Under the pieces are notes generated by a model. That model was not told where the DNA came from and did no database searches. It saw only the letters and a list, made by a program, of their open reading frames with translations. From assembly GCF_009914755.1 (NCBI RefSeq), contig NC_060932.1: 64,000 bases of DNA; one strand, given 5' to 3'. Of this stretch, positions 43,875-56,679 are shown piece by piece (positions within the stretch are counted from its first letter, which is position 1; the number at the start of each line of letters is the position of its first letter). Made by a program: the position numbers and the translations under genes. This DNA is from the human T2T-CHM13v2.0 reference genome, Homo sapiens.

Positions 43875-44079
43875 AGAGGTCGGTGGGCCCACTGCCTGCT
43901 TTCGTAAATGAAGCTTTATTAGAAAACAGCCACACACACTTATTTGTGTATTGTCTGTGGCTGTTTTCATAATATGACAAAGAAGTTGAGTAGTTGTGAC
44001 AGAGAACAAACGACCTGCAAAGCCTAAAATATTTAGAGATATGTCGCACCCTTTACAGACACAGTGTGCTGACCCCTTG
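43875..44079 (+). mobile_element. MER58A (hAT-Charlie)
   Basis: GTTGAGTAGTTGTGACAGAGA...GCAAAGCCTAAAATATTTA...GCTGACCCCT. Confidence 0.85.
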
Positions 44080-44399
44080 CCTATTATAATATCAAAGCAT
44101 AATTGCAATATCACAGGTATATCCTTAAAGGAATTGAGAAAAGACAAGGACACATTTCCAGCATTGACAAATATGCCTGTTATAGATTAGACACTTAATA
44201 AATGTGGTTGAATATATTGAAGCTATCATTTGATTTGAACCTTTATGTATTTGAACTTGGAGGTGGGAATTTATATCTGGCAATCCAGTCAAGTGGAACA
44301 ATGCAAACCAATTTTTAAGATGTCTTCTTCAGTGGCCCCTCTACATCCCACAAATCTGCACTCACTCCCTGTACTTCACCTAACAAGACCCCTGCCCTT

Positions 44400-44985
44400 C
44401 TCCCCAGCACTTCTACTCTACTGCTTGGCTCACTCTCATTGGTTCCATTGAATATCTCTACTCATTTCCTTATCATTATCCACCTATGGAATCTTACCCA
44501 TCCTTCAAGATTCACATGAAGTACCATTTTATTCCCATAAAACCTCATCATCTTCTCCTCACATTTTGAAGTGATCTTTCAGACATTTGTTTTCTTTAAG
44601 AATTATTCACATTTTTCTTATGTGACATTTTACACTCATATGTTTTTCCTCTATACACACAGAAAACTGCTAGACTAGACTATAAGCTCCAGGAAGGCAC
44701 AGTTTATGGTTTCGTTTAGGGTTCCACACAATAGTACTAACAGGCAGTCAGTAAAGATGTAAAACATGACTGCTGCCACCTGGCCTCTCTCTGTTTTAAC
44801 TCTCTGGGGAACATTTTTTGTTATCTGATTTTTCCTTATTGATTGTTCTGTTGAAGGACTGCATCCCACCACCAGAATATAGACATCATTTGAATAGAGA
44901 TCTTGTCTGTCTTTTTCATTGCTGTGTCCCACTACCTAGAACAACCTAGGTGCTAAATCAAAATGTGGTCAGTGAATGAATGAAA
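44400..44985 (+). mobile_element. Two L2 3' fragments
   Basis: CTAGACTATAAGCTCCAGGAAGGCA; second piece ends GTGAATGAATGAA. Confidence 0.65.
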
Positions 44986-45899
44986 TTATAAACCTGTAGT
45001 TTCAGAAAACAATAGCTTATTCATACACTAAAATAACTTTATTTTGTGGTTAATAATAACTTCGATAAATAAGATTCTCTAATTATCTGTGAGCTAGTGT
45101 TCTTATATTTAGAGTTTACTATATAATTATACAGGAAATAGTATGCAAATTCAAAGCCATTAATTCTATAAATATAAAACTCAATTTATCTGTAGGAAAG
45201 TATAGCAGTCTTCAAGATTATTTTACAATGTGGCATTTTAAAGGTTTTATACTGATTTTGAAGTTCAGGAGATTGGACAACTCACTAATTATCTTTTAAT
45301 GCTTCCTATTGCCTGATAAATTTTAAGAGGTTAATTGCTAATATGTTCCATTACTATTCTTAAGGATAAGACATGATGGACAGAAATTTCCATGCAATTA
45401 TTCCATTCTGGTGAGATTAGAAGGTGCTAAGCAGATAAAGAAATCATCTTATCAAGAAGGAAAAGTACCATTTACTGAAGAAGGTCTGCTAAACTTTAAT
45501 CATGACTGAAAATATAAAAAGACACTTTAAATGGATAAATGCAGCTATTGCACACAATTGACATGGCTGTAGAGATGACAGAGTGAAGAGGTATTTGATC
45601 AGTCATTTGTTATAAAAGCTCAGGGAAAACAAAAATTTCTACTTAAAAATTTCTCTTTATTGCTTTCTCATTTTCTTTGACTTGCTAAATTCACAGTTAA
45701 ATCACATCCATATGTTCTCAGTTTTAACTGCTACCATATTTCTAACATCACCCTTTTCTCGGCTAGAAAAATGACTCCATGTCACTTCCAATGCCTCCTT
45801 TTATGTTCGTGTTTGACAGAGAGTGCGCACATTTAGGGTCTGTGCAGTGGGGAAAGCTTAAAATGGCAAGGCACGTTTCCCAGTTACTTTCCATTGGCA

Positions 45900-46480
45900 G
45901 ATGGTAAAAGACGGAGCTATCAAACTCTAATCTCAGACAGACCTGAGCTTGATTTCTTACTGAGACAACACTAATTGTGTTCACTTAAACAATTTATTTA
46001 GACTCTGGTCTATAAATTAGGGGGTAACAATAGTACCAGTTTCATATGGCTGTGGTAGGGAGGATAGAAGACAACGCATAGAGGTGTAACACATGTGCTA
46101 CGAAGTGTGCCAAGCATTCAGAATGTATTATCCCACTTACTGTTCACACCAGCCCTAGAAGGTCAGTACCATTACTACCACACAACTCGGAGGAAGATAC
46201 TGAGGCACCGACTGAGACACAGTCAAATCTTGGTATACAAGGAGGATTTATATGTATTACTCGACTAAAAATATACTAATAATCAATGAGCATTACAATG
46301 ACCCTGGAATTAGGTTGAACACATTACATGGGTTTCTAAATTAATCTTCACCTCATCCTTGTCGCTCCCATTTTGCAAATCAGAAAATTGAGATTTAAAG
46401 GGATTAAGCTATATATCTGAAGTAGTAGAGCTAGAAAGCACAAAAATCCAATCTACAAACCCAGGAGGTCTGATTTCAAG
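45900..46480. mobile_element. Cluster of MIR fragments (both strands)
   Basis: CAGACAGACCTGAG...CTATAAATTAGGGGGTAACAATAGTACC; CCCATTTTGCAAATCAGAAAATTGAG. Confidence 0.6.
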
Positions 46481-47099
46481 GACTGTAAAAGTAACCTGTA
46501 GTACTGTATACTAATTCTGGCCCCTTACTTTATATCCAAATGACTAAATTAGTAAAAGGGGCTAGATTTGACAGAGAAGTAGGTAGTGGAATAAGAAAGC
46601 AAAGAGCATCCAGAGTGACTTTAACTCAACTGAGTACACATATATTAATCTTCAAATAACACCGCGCCATGCATTTAAGAAACACAAACTAGTATTACAT
46701 GTCGTCGACCAGGATGCCTTCATTTGGTAACCTGGATGATTATTTTATTTACAACCAAGAAAGAGAGTACTTCATATAGGGGGTGTGGCAGGAAACCCCA
46801 CATTAAGCTGAGGCAACTACTACATACTTGGTGTAAGGGCAAACAAGAAATAAACCTGACAAGCAGAAAAGGACAAGAGAAGTCACCTGTCTCAATCTCG
46901 GCACTGGATGAGGGAGGGAAAACAAATCTCATCTAAAAATTTAAAGCTAGTGCTAGCTTTACACTGTTACACTGTAAGTGTAACAGAACTTACAGTGTAT
47001 GTTCTGAGTATACACTCTAAGTTTAAAGTGGTTTCAAATTGATAGTTTCTGACAGAAGCAACTCATCTACTGTCTACAAGAACTCACTGCAATTTGAGC

Positions 47100-47198
47100 C
47101 TATAATAATTGTATACTGCCATTTACTGTAAAATGCATTCTGATTTGAGAGTTGTTAAAATATGAAAAAAACACATAACAGAATGGATGAAAGATGAT
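47100..47198. mobile_element. Tc2-family (MER104/Kanga-like) terminal fragment
   Basis: TGTAAAATGCATTCTGATTTGAGAGTTGTTAAAATATGAAAAAA...AGAATGGATGAAA. Confidence 0.5.
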
Positions 47199-47199
47199 A

Positions 47200-47970
47200 T
47201 GAGATGCACTGCCTGCCCTAAAAGAGCTTAGAAGCATCTGAGGTCATGTGATCGACAAGATAAAACACAAACAACACAAGTTATTATATAAAAGTGTAAA
47301 ATTAGTTTTGAGATGTGTAGGAAAATGAGAATTCAAAATTGGTAAACTTCTGGGAAGAACGGTGAAGTGGGAAGTCTTCATGGGAAGGTGAGACTTGATC
47401 TGGGCCTTGATACCTGGATTGGGTTGCAACGGGGGAGGGAAAGAGGGGATACCTATACCATGTAAGAGGTGGAGTCTGATTTAATGACAATACTTTTAGA
47501 TTGGAGAAAGTGAAGACACCATTCCAGCTGAAACAAAGAGCTTGTATTGGGTAGCAATGGCAGATAAATTTAGAAAATCCTACTGAGAAGACGTAATAAA
47601 AGGCCCTTAAGGAAATGCCAAGCTAAGGAATTAGGAATGGAAATGATATTCATTCAATCATTCAGTTAGCTACCTGACCAATCAGCAGCCAACCACCAAA
47701 CATTAAGCAGCTGTATATGCCAGATGTTGTGCTAAGAATTCAGTATAAAATGGTGGATAACACAGCATTTTGTCCTCTAAGTTACATTATTTTAGTTGAG
47801 CAGACAAAAAATTGGGACAATACCACAGTAAGATCTATTAATTTAGCTGCAATTTATTGAGCAGCTATTATTTTTCCAGGTACTATATAGGGAATTGATG
47901 TTATATATTACATTTCAAAACCAAAGCATGTCTATTTTAGAGATGAGAAATCTGAGGATCAGAGGCACAG
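47200..47970 (-). mobile_element. L2 fragments followed by a MIR
   Basis: TTCATTCAATCATTCA...TATATGCCAGATGTTGTGCTAAG; ATTTTAGAGATGAGAAATCTGAGG. Confidence 0.6.
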
Positions 47971-48355
47971 AGATTTTTCTGCACTTCTTAGTGTCTCAGT
48001 ATCACTTACAATAGAGCCTTGATTACTCAAATTATGTGATGTCACAATTATAAAATATTCAAAATCCTGGAAAAAGACTTTGAAACTTTTTGAAAATAAC
48101 CAAGAAACTTGTTGTGTTTTGATATTAAGACAAGTACATTGAATGATGAAGTTTTAAGTCAATTAATATCCTCAACTCTACGTAATCTCTGAGGTAGAGT
48201 TTGCGCAGTTATTTTGGAAACTTAGCTGAGGCATGGTAAAGCATTGATGTAACACATTATCTGCAGCAAATCATTAGTATGTACCACCAGTGTCATTAAT
48301 TTACAGCCACATAATTATAGATGGGGAGACAAATTTTACATTAATTTAGTGAAAC

Positions 48356-49270
48356 TGTGGTGTGGATTCAAATTCCTCCCAGTACCATTCAAGGCAGAAA
48401 TGTTCTTTCCCTCACTGCTGATGGCACAAGGACTAGCAGCTCTCAGATGCATCCCTCTCTTTGGGGCTGTCATCCAATGAAAAGAGCGGCCTTACCCAAG
48501 ATTATGTCATTTTCCCAGGAGCAGCCCACACCCGGGACTAGTCCATGAGGGCTAAGAAGACCTGTTACCCTGGTCCCAATTCAGGATGGCTCTAAAGGGT
48601 CATCTTCTCTGCAGGATAACTGAATTTACTTCCAATTCTCTGTGGTAGGTAGAATGATGGTCACCTAAAGATATTCATGTCCTAACCTCTTGAATCTGTG
48701 AATATATGAAGTTAAATGGAAAAGGGGAGTTAAAGTTGCACATAGAATTAGGGCTGCTAATCAGCTGACTTCAAGATAGGGATATCATCCTAGATTATCT
48801 GTATAAACCCAATGTAATCTTAAAAGTGAGTTCTTAAAAGTGAAAGGGAATCAGAAGAGGAGATAAAATGATAAAACCTGAGAGAGACTCAACATGTCAT
48901 TCCTGGATTTGAAGATGGAGGAAAGGCAGAGGAACCAAGGTGGGAAATCTCTAGAAGCTGGAAAATGCAAAGAAAGGGATTCTCCCCTAGTTTTCAGAAG
49001 GAAACTGATCCTGGAAGACATCTTGATTTCACTTCAGTGAGACTCATGTTGGACTTCTAAACTACAGGTAAGGTTAGAAATGAGTTTTGTTTTAAGCTAC
49101 AAAGTTTGTGGTAATCTGTTATGGCAGCAACAGAAAATTAAGATATTTTATGACTAATTTTGCTTCCTTCTTTCTCTTAGGAGTGTTGATTCTGAATGTA
49201 TTTCCTAATCAACTTAGTGCAGTAAATCTCTGTCTCAAAGTCTTGTTCATGTGGTACATAACGTATAACA
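48356..49270 (+). mobile_element. LTR33-like ERVL LTR split by MLT1D
   Basis: AAAGAGCGGCCTTACCCAAG...GCAGCCCACA; tail AATCTCTGTCTCAAAGTC. Confidence 0.65.
48641..49145 (+). mobile_element. MLT1D-like MaLR LTR
   Basis: TGTGGTAGGTAGAATGATGG...GCTAATCAGCTGACTTCAAGATAGGG...GTTATGGCAGCAACAGAAAATTAAGATA. Confidence 0.85.
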
Positions 49271-49455
49271 GAAATACATATTAGGCTCATATTTTTCTAC
49301 TTAAATTATAGAGCTCGTGTTAACCTAATAATTGATAACACTGCTCAGACAAAGGCACAGTTTAGTTGCAAATTTGCAGTCTGATCCCTCAGGCTATGAG
49401 ATATCATAGTCAAGAATGTGACTGGCATATACTGCAAGTCAGGTGAATCAGAGGC

Positions 49456-49830
49456 TGCTATGGTTTGAATGTTTGTGTCTTCTTCAAAATTCACATTGAA
49501 GCTCAAGCCCCAATGTGATAGTATTAAGAGGAGTGGCTTAAGGAGATGATTAAGTCATGAGGGTGGAACCTTCATGAATGGGATTGGTGACTTATAAATG
49601 GGTTGGGAGGCACTGGCCAGGCCCCTTGTGCCCTTCTGTCTCTTCTGCCATGTGCCGGCATTCAAGGCACCATCTTGGAAGCAGAGACTGGTTCCTCATC
49701 AGACACCAAACCTGCTGACGCTTTGACCTTGGACTTCCCAGCCTCCAGGACTGTAAGAAATAAATTTCTTATATTCATATATTGGCTGGTCTAAGATATT
49801 TTGTTATAAGAGCACAGAAAGACTAAGACA
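49456..49830 (+). mobile_element. MSTD/MLT1A-like MaLR LTR
   Basis: TGCTATGGTTTGAATGTTTGTG...AAGGCACCATCTTGGAAGCAGAGAC...GACTAAGACA. Confidence 0.88.
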
Positions 49831-51365
49831 TTGACCTAGGTCAGCTATGTCAAGGAGGCACAGGCCAGCACCATAGGCCATGTCAGCTAGGGGTCATTTT
49901 GGGGAAAATCTCTAAGGCATGTCTTAGGTCCCAGTCCAGAGACTGTAAACAGAGGATTAAGAACCAAAGGACCTGGTCAGTATATTTCCTGTGTGAAGAT
50001 ACTAAAACTGGTGTATAAGAGGCAATTAGTAAATGTTAGCTCCCTATTTTTCCCCTCATGCAGATATCAGAGAGACTTCTCTACTGCTTGGGATGCTTGT
50101 TCAGAGTATAATTTCCATAGCAGCAAGAAAAGGAATTTTTGTTTGTGGATACTTTAAAGTAAATAAAGCTATTATAGAAGGCAAAAGAAAAAAATGTCAA
50201 ACGATTTCTCTTTTCATTTAAAAACAAAAACAGAATAACAAGCCCCAGAAGTATGTTTGAATGTAACTACCCAAGAAATGTACTCAGCATTACACCTGCC
50301 AATGCAATGTATGGTGTGCAGTGGAAGTGGGGGATAAAAGCTCCCATTAGTGTCACTGAGTCTGCACCCTGGGACCTGTGAGATGTAGGAAATGCATTAG
50401 GCACAAAATGTGTTCTTTTGAGCATTTTTCTTGAAATGTCCTGAGGCTTTTTCACATTAGTCAGTGTACAAAGCACACAACCTTCTGCAGTATCTTGAAC
50501 AGAATCATCCCAATACCAAATGGACTATGGTGATGACCTAATGAACTTAATCCATGTTGTGAACTGATCTTATGTTCAAATTAACCCAGCCCCTGAGAGT
50601 GGGAAAGTGGCTGTGACATTTGCTCAAATAGGTTCAGAGAAAGTGATTTCTGATGCACATTGGGCTTTCCTTCTCTGTGCTCCCTAATTACAACATTTTT
50701 AACTCTTTGTTGTGTATTGTATTTGTGATGTATATATCCATTACCTAATAGACTTAAAGCACCTTACCATGAGGGTCTGAGTCTGATGATTTTTCAACAA
50801 AGCAATTTCCTGTGTCATCTTGCACAGCAAATGCCTATTGAGTGAACAGGAAGAGCAATTTGGGTTGAAAATGGTCTAAGTAAAAAGCACAATTCTGATT
50901 GTGGTCTATTAATGATGCTAGGTATATTTGATGAAGCTGAGATGATGTGATCACCTGTTCCCATGGGGAACTTCCTACAGGTCACCATCACCTCCTGTAT
51001 CACCATTGCCTAGTGGTCCTGAAAGTGTACCTCACAGCTTTTTATGAGTGAGGGAGGGGGAACGATAGCTGTTGGCTCAGGTTCACATCTGTTCTAGCCC
51101 AGCAACCTTTCAGGATCTCTGACTTCAGTGTTTACCCACAGAGATGTTGTAGGCATCTGATCCACCACTGGTGGAAATGTTGTAAGCCTGGCTGCCTGCA
51201 ATTGATTTTTCCTAGTGCCTACCCAAACCAAGCTATAATGCTTTGGGAATTTTAAAAATAATTTGACTTTAGTATGATATAAAAGTGATCACTAGAATAA
51301 AGGAGTCAACGAAAATGTTAGAGTTATGGTGTACAATAAAATTTGACTTTATAGTCATTAATATC

Positions 51366-51743
51366 TGTATTAGTCGCTCAAGGTACTGTAACAAAACACT
51401 ATAGATTACATGGTTTAAACAACATAAATTTATTTTCTCACAGTTCTGGAGGCTGGAAAGTCCAAGATCAATATTCTAGCAGGGTTCAGCTCTTCTTTCA
51501 CGGGCACTTTTCTTTGCTTGAAGACTGCTTCCTTCCTGCTATATTCTCCCATGGCTGAAAGACAGTGAGCTCCGAAGCAACTCTTTTTAGAAGGCCTCTA
51601 ATCCTGTGGAATAAGGGTGTCACTCTCATGACTCATTTAACCTTAATTACTTTCACAGAAGCCCTATCTCTAGCTACAGCAACAATGAGGGTTGCAGTTT
51701 CAGCATATGCATTTTGAAGGGACATAACATTCATTTCATAACA
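51366..51743 (-). mobile_element. MLT1A0-like MaLR LTR
   Basis: CTCACAGTTCTGGAGGCTGGAAAGTCCAAGATCAA; perfect 5-bp TSD ATATC (51361-51365/51744-51748). Confidence 0.9.
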
Positions 51744-52194
51744 ATATCCATTAGGTTAATTTGGAAATATTGATTTATTTATACATAAAAAGAATGTTGA
51801 ATTGTGAAATATTTTATAATTTACAGAATTTCAGGAAGATTAGTAGTTATGACTAGTTGGCTATTGCTACAGATAGTTAAAAAATCATTTCACATTTTTA
51901 CTGTGCTTTTCAGTTTACAACACTCTTCCTTATATATTGTTGAGTTTCATTTTTTTATTTTCCTGTCTTAAGAATATGATATGTTTTGTTTTTCACTCTA
52001 CACTATGTAACACAGAGACTTGCCCAATACAGACACAAAGGAAATATATACTATAATAAACTAACATCTTTCAATAATAATCAACACAATTAAGAATTTT
52101 AATTTTCTCCATCTATCAAGACTTTGGCACTGCAATAGTTTTAGAAATAATAGGAGAACAGAAAGCCCATCTTAATATGTTCTCCTAGTCAATA

Positions 52195-52420
52195 CATGTT
52201 GAAAAGGCATTGGTGTTGAATTCATAGCAATATGATATTGAATCCTATGTTTATTACTAATTAGATATTTGACCTTGAGCAAGTTGCACGACCTCTTTGA
52301 GCTTAAGTTTCCATTACTCTAACTTAAGAATCATACTATTTGCCTCACATATGTTGAAGTAAGATAATACAGGTCAAATGTCTGACACTTTGCCAGCTGT
52401 GGGCACTCAATCAATTAGTT
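52195..52420 (+). mobile_element. MIR
   Basis: TGACCTTGAGCAAGTTGCACGACCTCTTTGAGCTTAAGTTTCC core. Confidence 0.75.
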
Positions 52421-53540
52421 ATAAGTCTCTTAATGAATTAAGAAGAAAATGTTAGTAAGAAAGTCTGCTTACATGGTATATAAGAGAAAAAATAAGATTC
52501 TGCCCAACTAGTTTGGCTTTGATATATAATAGGCCAAAATATACAAATATATTTCAAATTGACAGAATTCCTGTGCCAAAGATTTGATTGAAGATATTTA
52601 TTTAAAAAATGAGTTATTCAGAAAAGCAGAGATAGAGTCACTGTGGCACACTTGAGCAGTGCCTACCTGAACCTTGTTCTAGAAAGAAGGTGGCCAGGCT
52701 TAGAAGATGCAGGAATTTTCCTCTGAAAGTTTGATGTCACCAAATATCTAAATCATAAAACTGGTCATCCCATCCCAGTTCCACATGTACAAGGCAACAT
52801 TTGGATAATAATTTTGCTGTGCTTATAGTTTGCTTATATGGGGAGAATGTGTTTAGAGGATGCAAGTACTTGGCCCTCTTGGCCAATAACCTTTCAATTT
52901 TTTAAAATCAATTGAATTTCTGAATAATACATTAATGTCATGCCAACTCAGCATGAGTCAGCATTTCTTGCTTCATCCAATAGCTCTCAGGCACACAAGA
53001 TCAAAGTTCTGTAAGGGAAAGAAACTAGAACAAGCAAGGTCAACTCCAGCTAATTTTGAAACATAATGCCCTAGTCTCAAGAGTATAACTCATTCTACCT
53101 GACACTTTATGGCCATGAGTAGAGGATAAAAGATATTTATTTATAAATCAAGTTCTATAAAATGAAGTAGAGTTTAGAAGATATTCTACAAGTGTTATAA
53201 TACTACTAAAAGAAGTGAAAAGAAGAGAAAAAAAGAATTTAAGAGAATATGTATTTTGGTTGAGCCTGCTACATATTTACCACACATATTCAACATTTCA
53301 AATTTTTGAAAATGAAGGCAGCATACTATAACAGTTTATATAAAAATGAAAGTGTCAAAGAAAACATGACTATATTTCTCAGATGTTGCATGAACTCTTG
53401 TACTCTCTAACACCTGTCATACCACACTTTCATTATTCACAAACTTAACTGTGAATATTCACTTTTTGAAGACTGTGCCGAATACACATTCCACTAGGAT
53501 TTTGGTTACCACTTTTCCATAAGATTTAGAATCATGACTT

Positions 53541-53639
53541 AGTACCAGTTAGGGTTATTTGCCACAAAAACCAGAAATGAACTCTGACTTGAGCAAGAGG
53601 GATTTGCTTGTGAGAAAGGATATTGGTGTGTGTTTGTAG

Positions 53640-53670
<31 letters not shown>

Positions 53671-54060
53671 ATCGCATATGTGGGGTCTCATAGAATTAAT
53701 ATGAAGTAACATACCAGGTTTGAATACAGGAAGAAGCCAATAGAGAAACAGAAGGAAACATACAAGCATATAACAGGAAACAGGAAACAGGAAGCACAAT
53801 AACCGTCTCTAACCATTAACAGCCTGGGCAGGAATCCCCACTGTCTATAAGAATGATGAAATACCTTCAACCTCCCCCTCCCACCACCTAACTTGGTTAA
53901 GATGAAAATTCCCAGGAGGTAGGGATCATTTGGTCAAATAGTGGAAATGTGCAGGGAAAGAAAAGATCTGTTTTATTTGTGCTTGTGCTTCTGCAGTGAA
54001 AAGCAGACACTTAGAGTTACTCTTCCCAAAGGAAATCAGGGTAATATTAGAAAGAACCAT
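53541..54060 (-). mobile_element. Old MLT1 (K/L/M-like) LTR
   Basis: CAGTTAGGGTTATTTGCCACAAAAACCAGAAATGAACTCTG start; degenerate. Confidence 0.45.
53642..53670. repeat. (GT)n microsatellite
   Basis: About 14 perfect GT units. Confidence 0.97.
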
Positions 54061-55837
54061 GCACTCTATCCAGACAAAATGGCACAACTGGCAACTATAT
54101 TATCTGTAGTACAAGGATTCACAGTAATTTGTTGCTCTTCTTATAGACATATGTTGTTAAAGGAGTAAGCAACATGATTACTATCATTTTGTTTAAGCTG
54201 GTCAAAAGATTAAAATGTTTCTATAAATATACAACTGAAGTGTAAAATGCCACTACTCTTCTAGGCACAATATTGGGAAAGAAATTTCTTAGAGATAATA
54301 TTGATGATCATGCTGTGTAACTCCTTGGAATATAGTAGGAGGAAAAAGCTTGAGATTGCAAGCGTATGTGTCGTATTCTGCCACTCATACAGCCATCCTA
54401 AGAGCAAAAGATAGACTTCTTGAATCCACCCTTGACAAGATGGATGAAGTTAGTTTATTCATTAAAAATGCTTCTATTGGATATAGCACACTGAGAAAAA
54501 ATGAGGCAGTGTATTTATTCCAAGTCTTCATAAGGCTAGTTTTCTAGTCAGCTATGGTGGTTTATTCTTCCCATCTACAAAATATGGCATGATAAACTTG
54601 ATTTCCAAGTGCCTTGCCTTTGCTATATTGATTGTTTGAAGTTAAGTGAAGAAAAAATATTTCATCCTTAGACTAAAAGCTCATGGACAAAAGCTTTGGG
54701 GTTTGCTTCAATGATAGCTAAGAGGCACAAAAGAGATGATAGGTTGATAAAAGGGAAAATGCATCATTGTTCTTTGACTATGAGTGCATATCCTTAACAC
54801 CGCAAAGAATAGTCATAGAAGAGAGCAATCACACTTTTCTATAAAGCAGCCCTTTGTAAATATAATTCACTGGTGCAATATCTAAGTACTCGGTAGGTTC
54901 TGACAGTTTCATCCATCACAATACAGGCCTCACCATGTCACTGCCTCAGACTGATAAATGCAAAATGACAGTCATTCATCCGGTGGAATAGAAGAAGCCA
55001 GGGAAAATACAACATGAAGTCACTTATGCCATTTGATATAGCTTTGCAATGTGTATCTTTTCTCTCCCCTATCTTTTGTTTTGTTTGTGTACATGCCAGC
55101 ATGATTATAGTCTTTGCAAAAATATATACAAGACAACACATTTCCCTAAAATAAAAAAGTATGAATTTAGAAAGATTATAGCTACATTAAAATGAATTCA
55201 GAATCTACTATGACATAAATAGAATTAGTTAAAGATTAAGGTTAGAAAGTAAATGTCACTTCTTAACTTTTTCTCTTTCTTGCTATTGAGGAGCACAATC
55301 TAAAATTTGTAGGCAGATAGAGTATAAAAGTAATGTACAATTATGGCACTTATACTATTTTTTTCTTTTATACAACAATTCTACAAAAATAATGACTATA
55401 TGTACACATTAAAGGAAACTGTAGATTTACTGAAAAATAGGTATTAATAATATGGATATCAACAGCTGTGTACCTTTAATTTAAAAATTAAAAAAATAAA
55501 AATAACAGTAAACTGAAAGTCTCCATTCTCTCATCTTCCTTTTCCTATGTTTATTTTTAAACAAATTATACTGCATATATCGATATCTATTAGGGTCATG
55601 TGTTGACTTAGCAATAAATTTAATTATTGGTTTAGATATCTTACAGATGTATGGAATCTCTAATATACACATTTTTGTTTAATATGTTACTGAGAAAGAA
55701 GCTCAAGTGATAGAAATAACACAGGACAGGAAGTAAGACAGTTCTCGTCTGAAGTTCTTCTCTGACAGCCCACAAACTAGTTAATATGTAAGTTTGAAAA
55801 TATAATTTCTGTATTTTATTGCAAATTTCAAATAGAT

Positions 55838-56192
55838 ATTTATTTCCAGCTTTATTGAGGTATAATTGACAAATAAAATTATATAAATTTCAGTTGTACA
55901 ACATGAAGTTTTAATATGTATATCATCATGAAATGATTACAGAAATCAAAATAATAAATATATTCTTCAGCTCACATAGTTATAATTTCCTATTTGTGGT
56001 GAGAACATGTAAGAACTATTATATTAGCAAATTTCAAGAATGTAATACAATATTATTAACTATAGTCTTATTGATCTGGTAGATCAAGAACTTTGCACCT
56101 TTTAAGCCCCAGCTCCTGGTAATCACCATTTTAATGTCAACTTTTGTGAGTTTAACTTCTTAAGATGCCACATGTAAATGAGGTCATGAAGT
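55838..56192 (-). mobile_element. L1MA (MA7-9-like) 3' end
   Basis: CAGCTTTATTGAGGTATAATTGACAAATAAAATT...TTAGCAAATTTCAAG. Confidence 0.8.
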
Positions 56193-56304
56193 TGAAGGAA
56201 ATAAAAATATTTCATGCCAAAATATCCTTCTTCAGCATATTTTGAGATGGCTATTCAGAGGGCTTGCAAATGGAATTAGCCCTGAAATAAGTCTTTTGTG
56301 GGGC
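56193..56304 (+). mobile_element. MER34 LTR 5' fragment (truncated)
   Basis: TGAAGGAAATAAAAATATTT...CATATTTTGAGATGGCTATTCAGAGGGC; aligns with 16288-16400. Confidence 0.8.
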
Positions 56305-56314
56305 ATACATTTTT

Positions 56315-56534
56315 TAGGAAGAAGTCCTCCCCTATGAAAGTAAATTAAAAAATAGGGAAACTGACTATTACACCAGATGCACAGATATCAATGTATGGAC
56401 ACAGGAAGCATGAAAAACAAGAAAATATGACACCTCCAAAGGAATACAATAATTTTCCAGCAATAAATCTTAATCACAAAGAAATTTTCAAAATTCAAGA
56501 TAAAGAATTCAAAATACTGATTTAAAAAAAGCTC
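56315..56534 (+). mobile_element. L1M ORF1 N-terminal fragment
   Basis: Encodes MTPPKEYNNFPAINLNHKEIFKIQDKEFKILI, the same type as 11790-12056. Confidence 0.8.
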
Positions 56535-56679
56535 TGTCAGGCATGGTGGCTCATTCCTGTAATCTCAGCACTTTGGGAGTCCGAGGTGGGCAGATCAACT
56601 GAGGTCAGGAGCTTGAGACCAGCTGGGCCAACATGGTGAAACCCCGATTCTACTAATAATACAAAAAATAGCTGGGCGT
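56535..56679 (+). mobile_element. AluS, truncated just after the left monomer
   Basis: Left arm, linker, then GCTGGGCG and an abrupt switch to other sequence. Confidence 0.92.
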
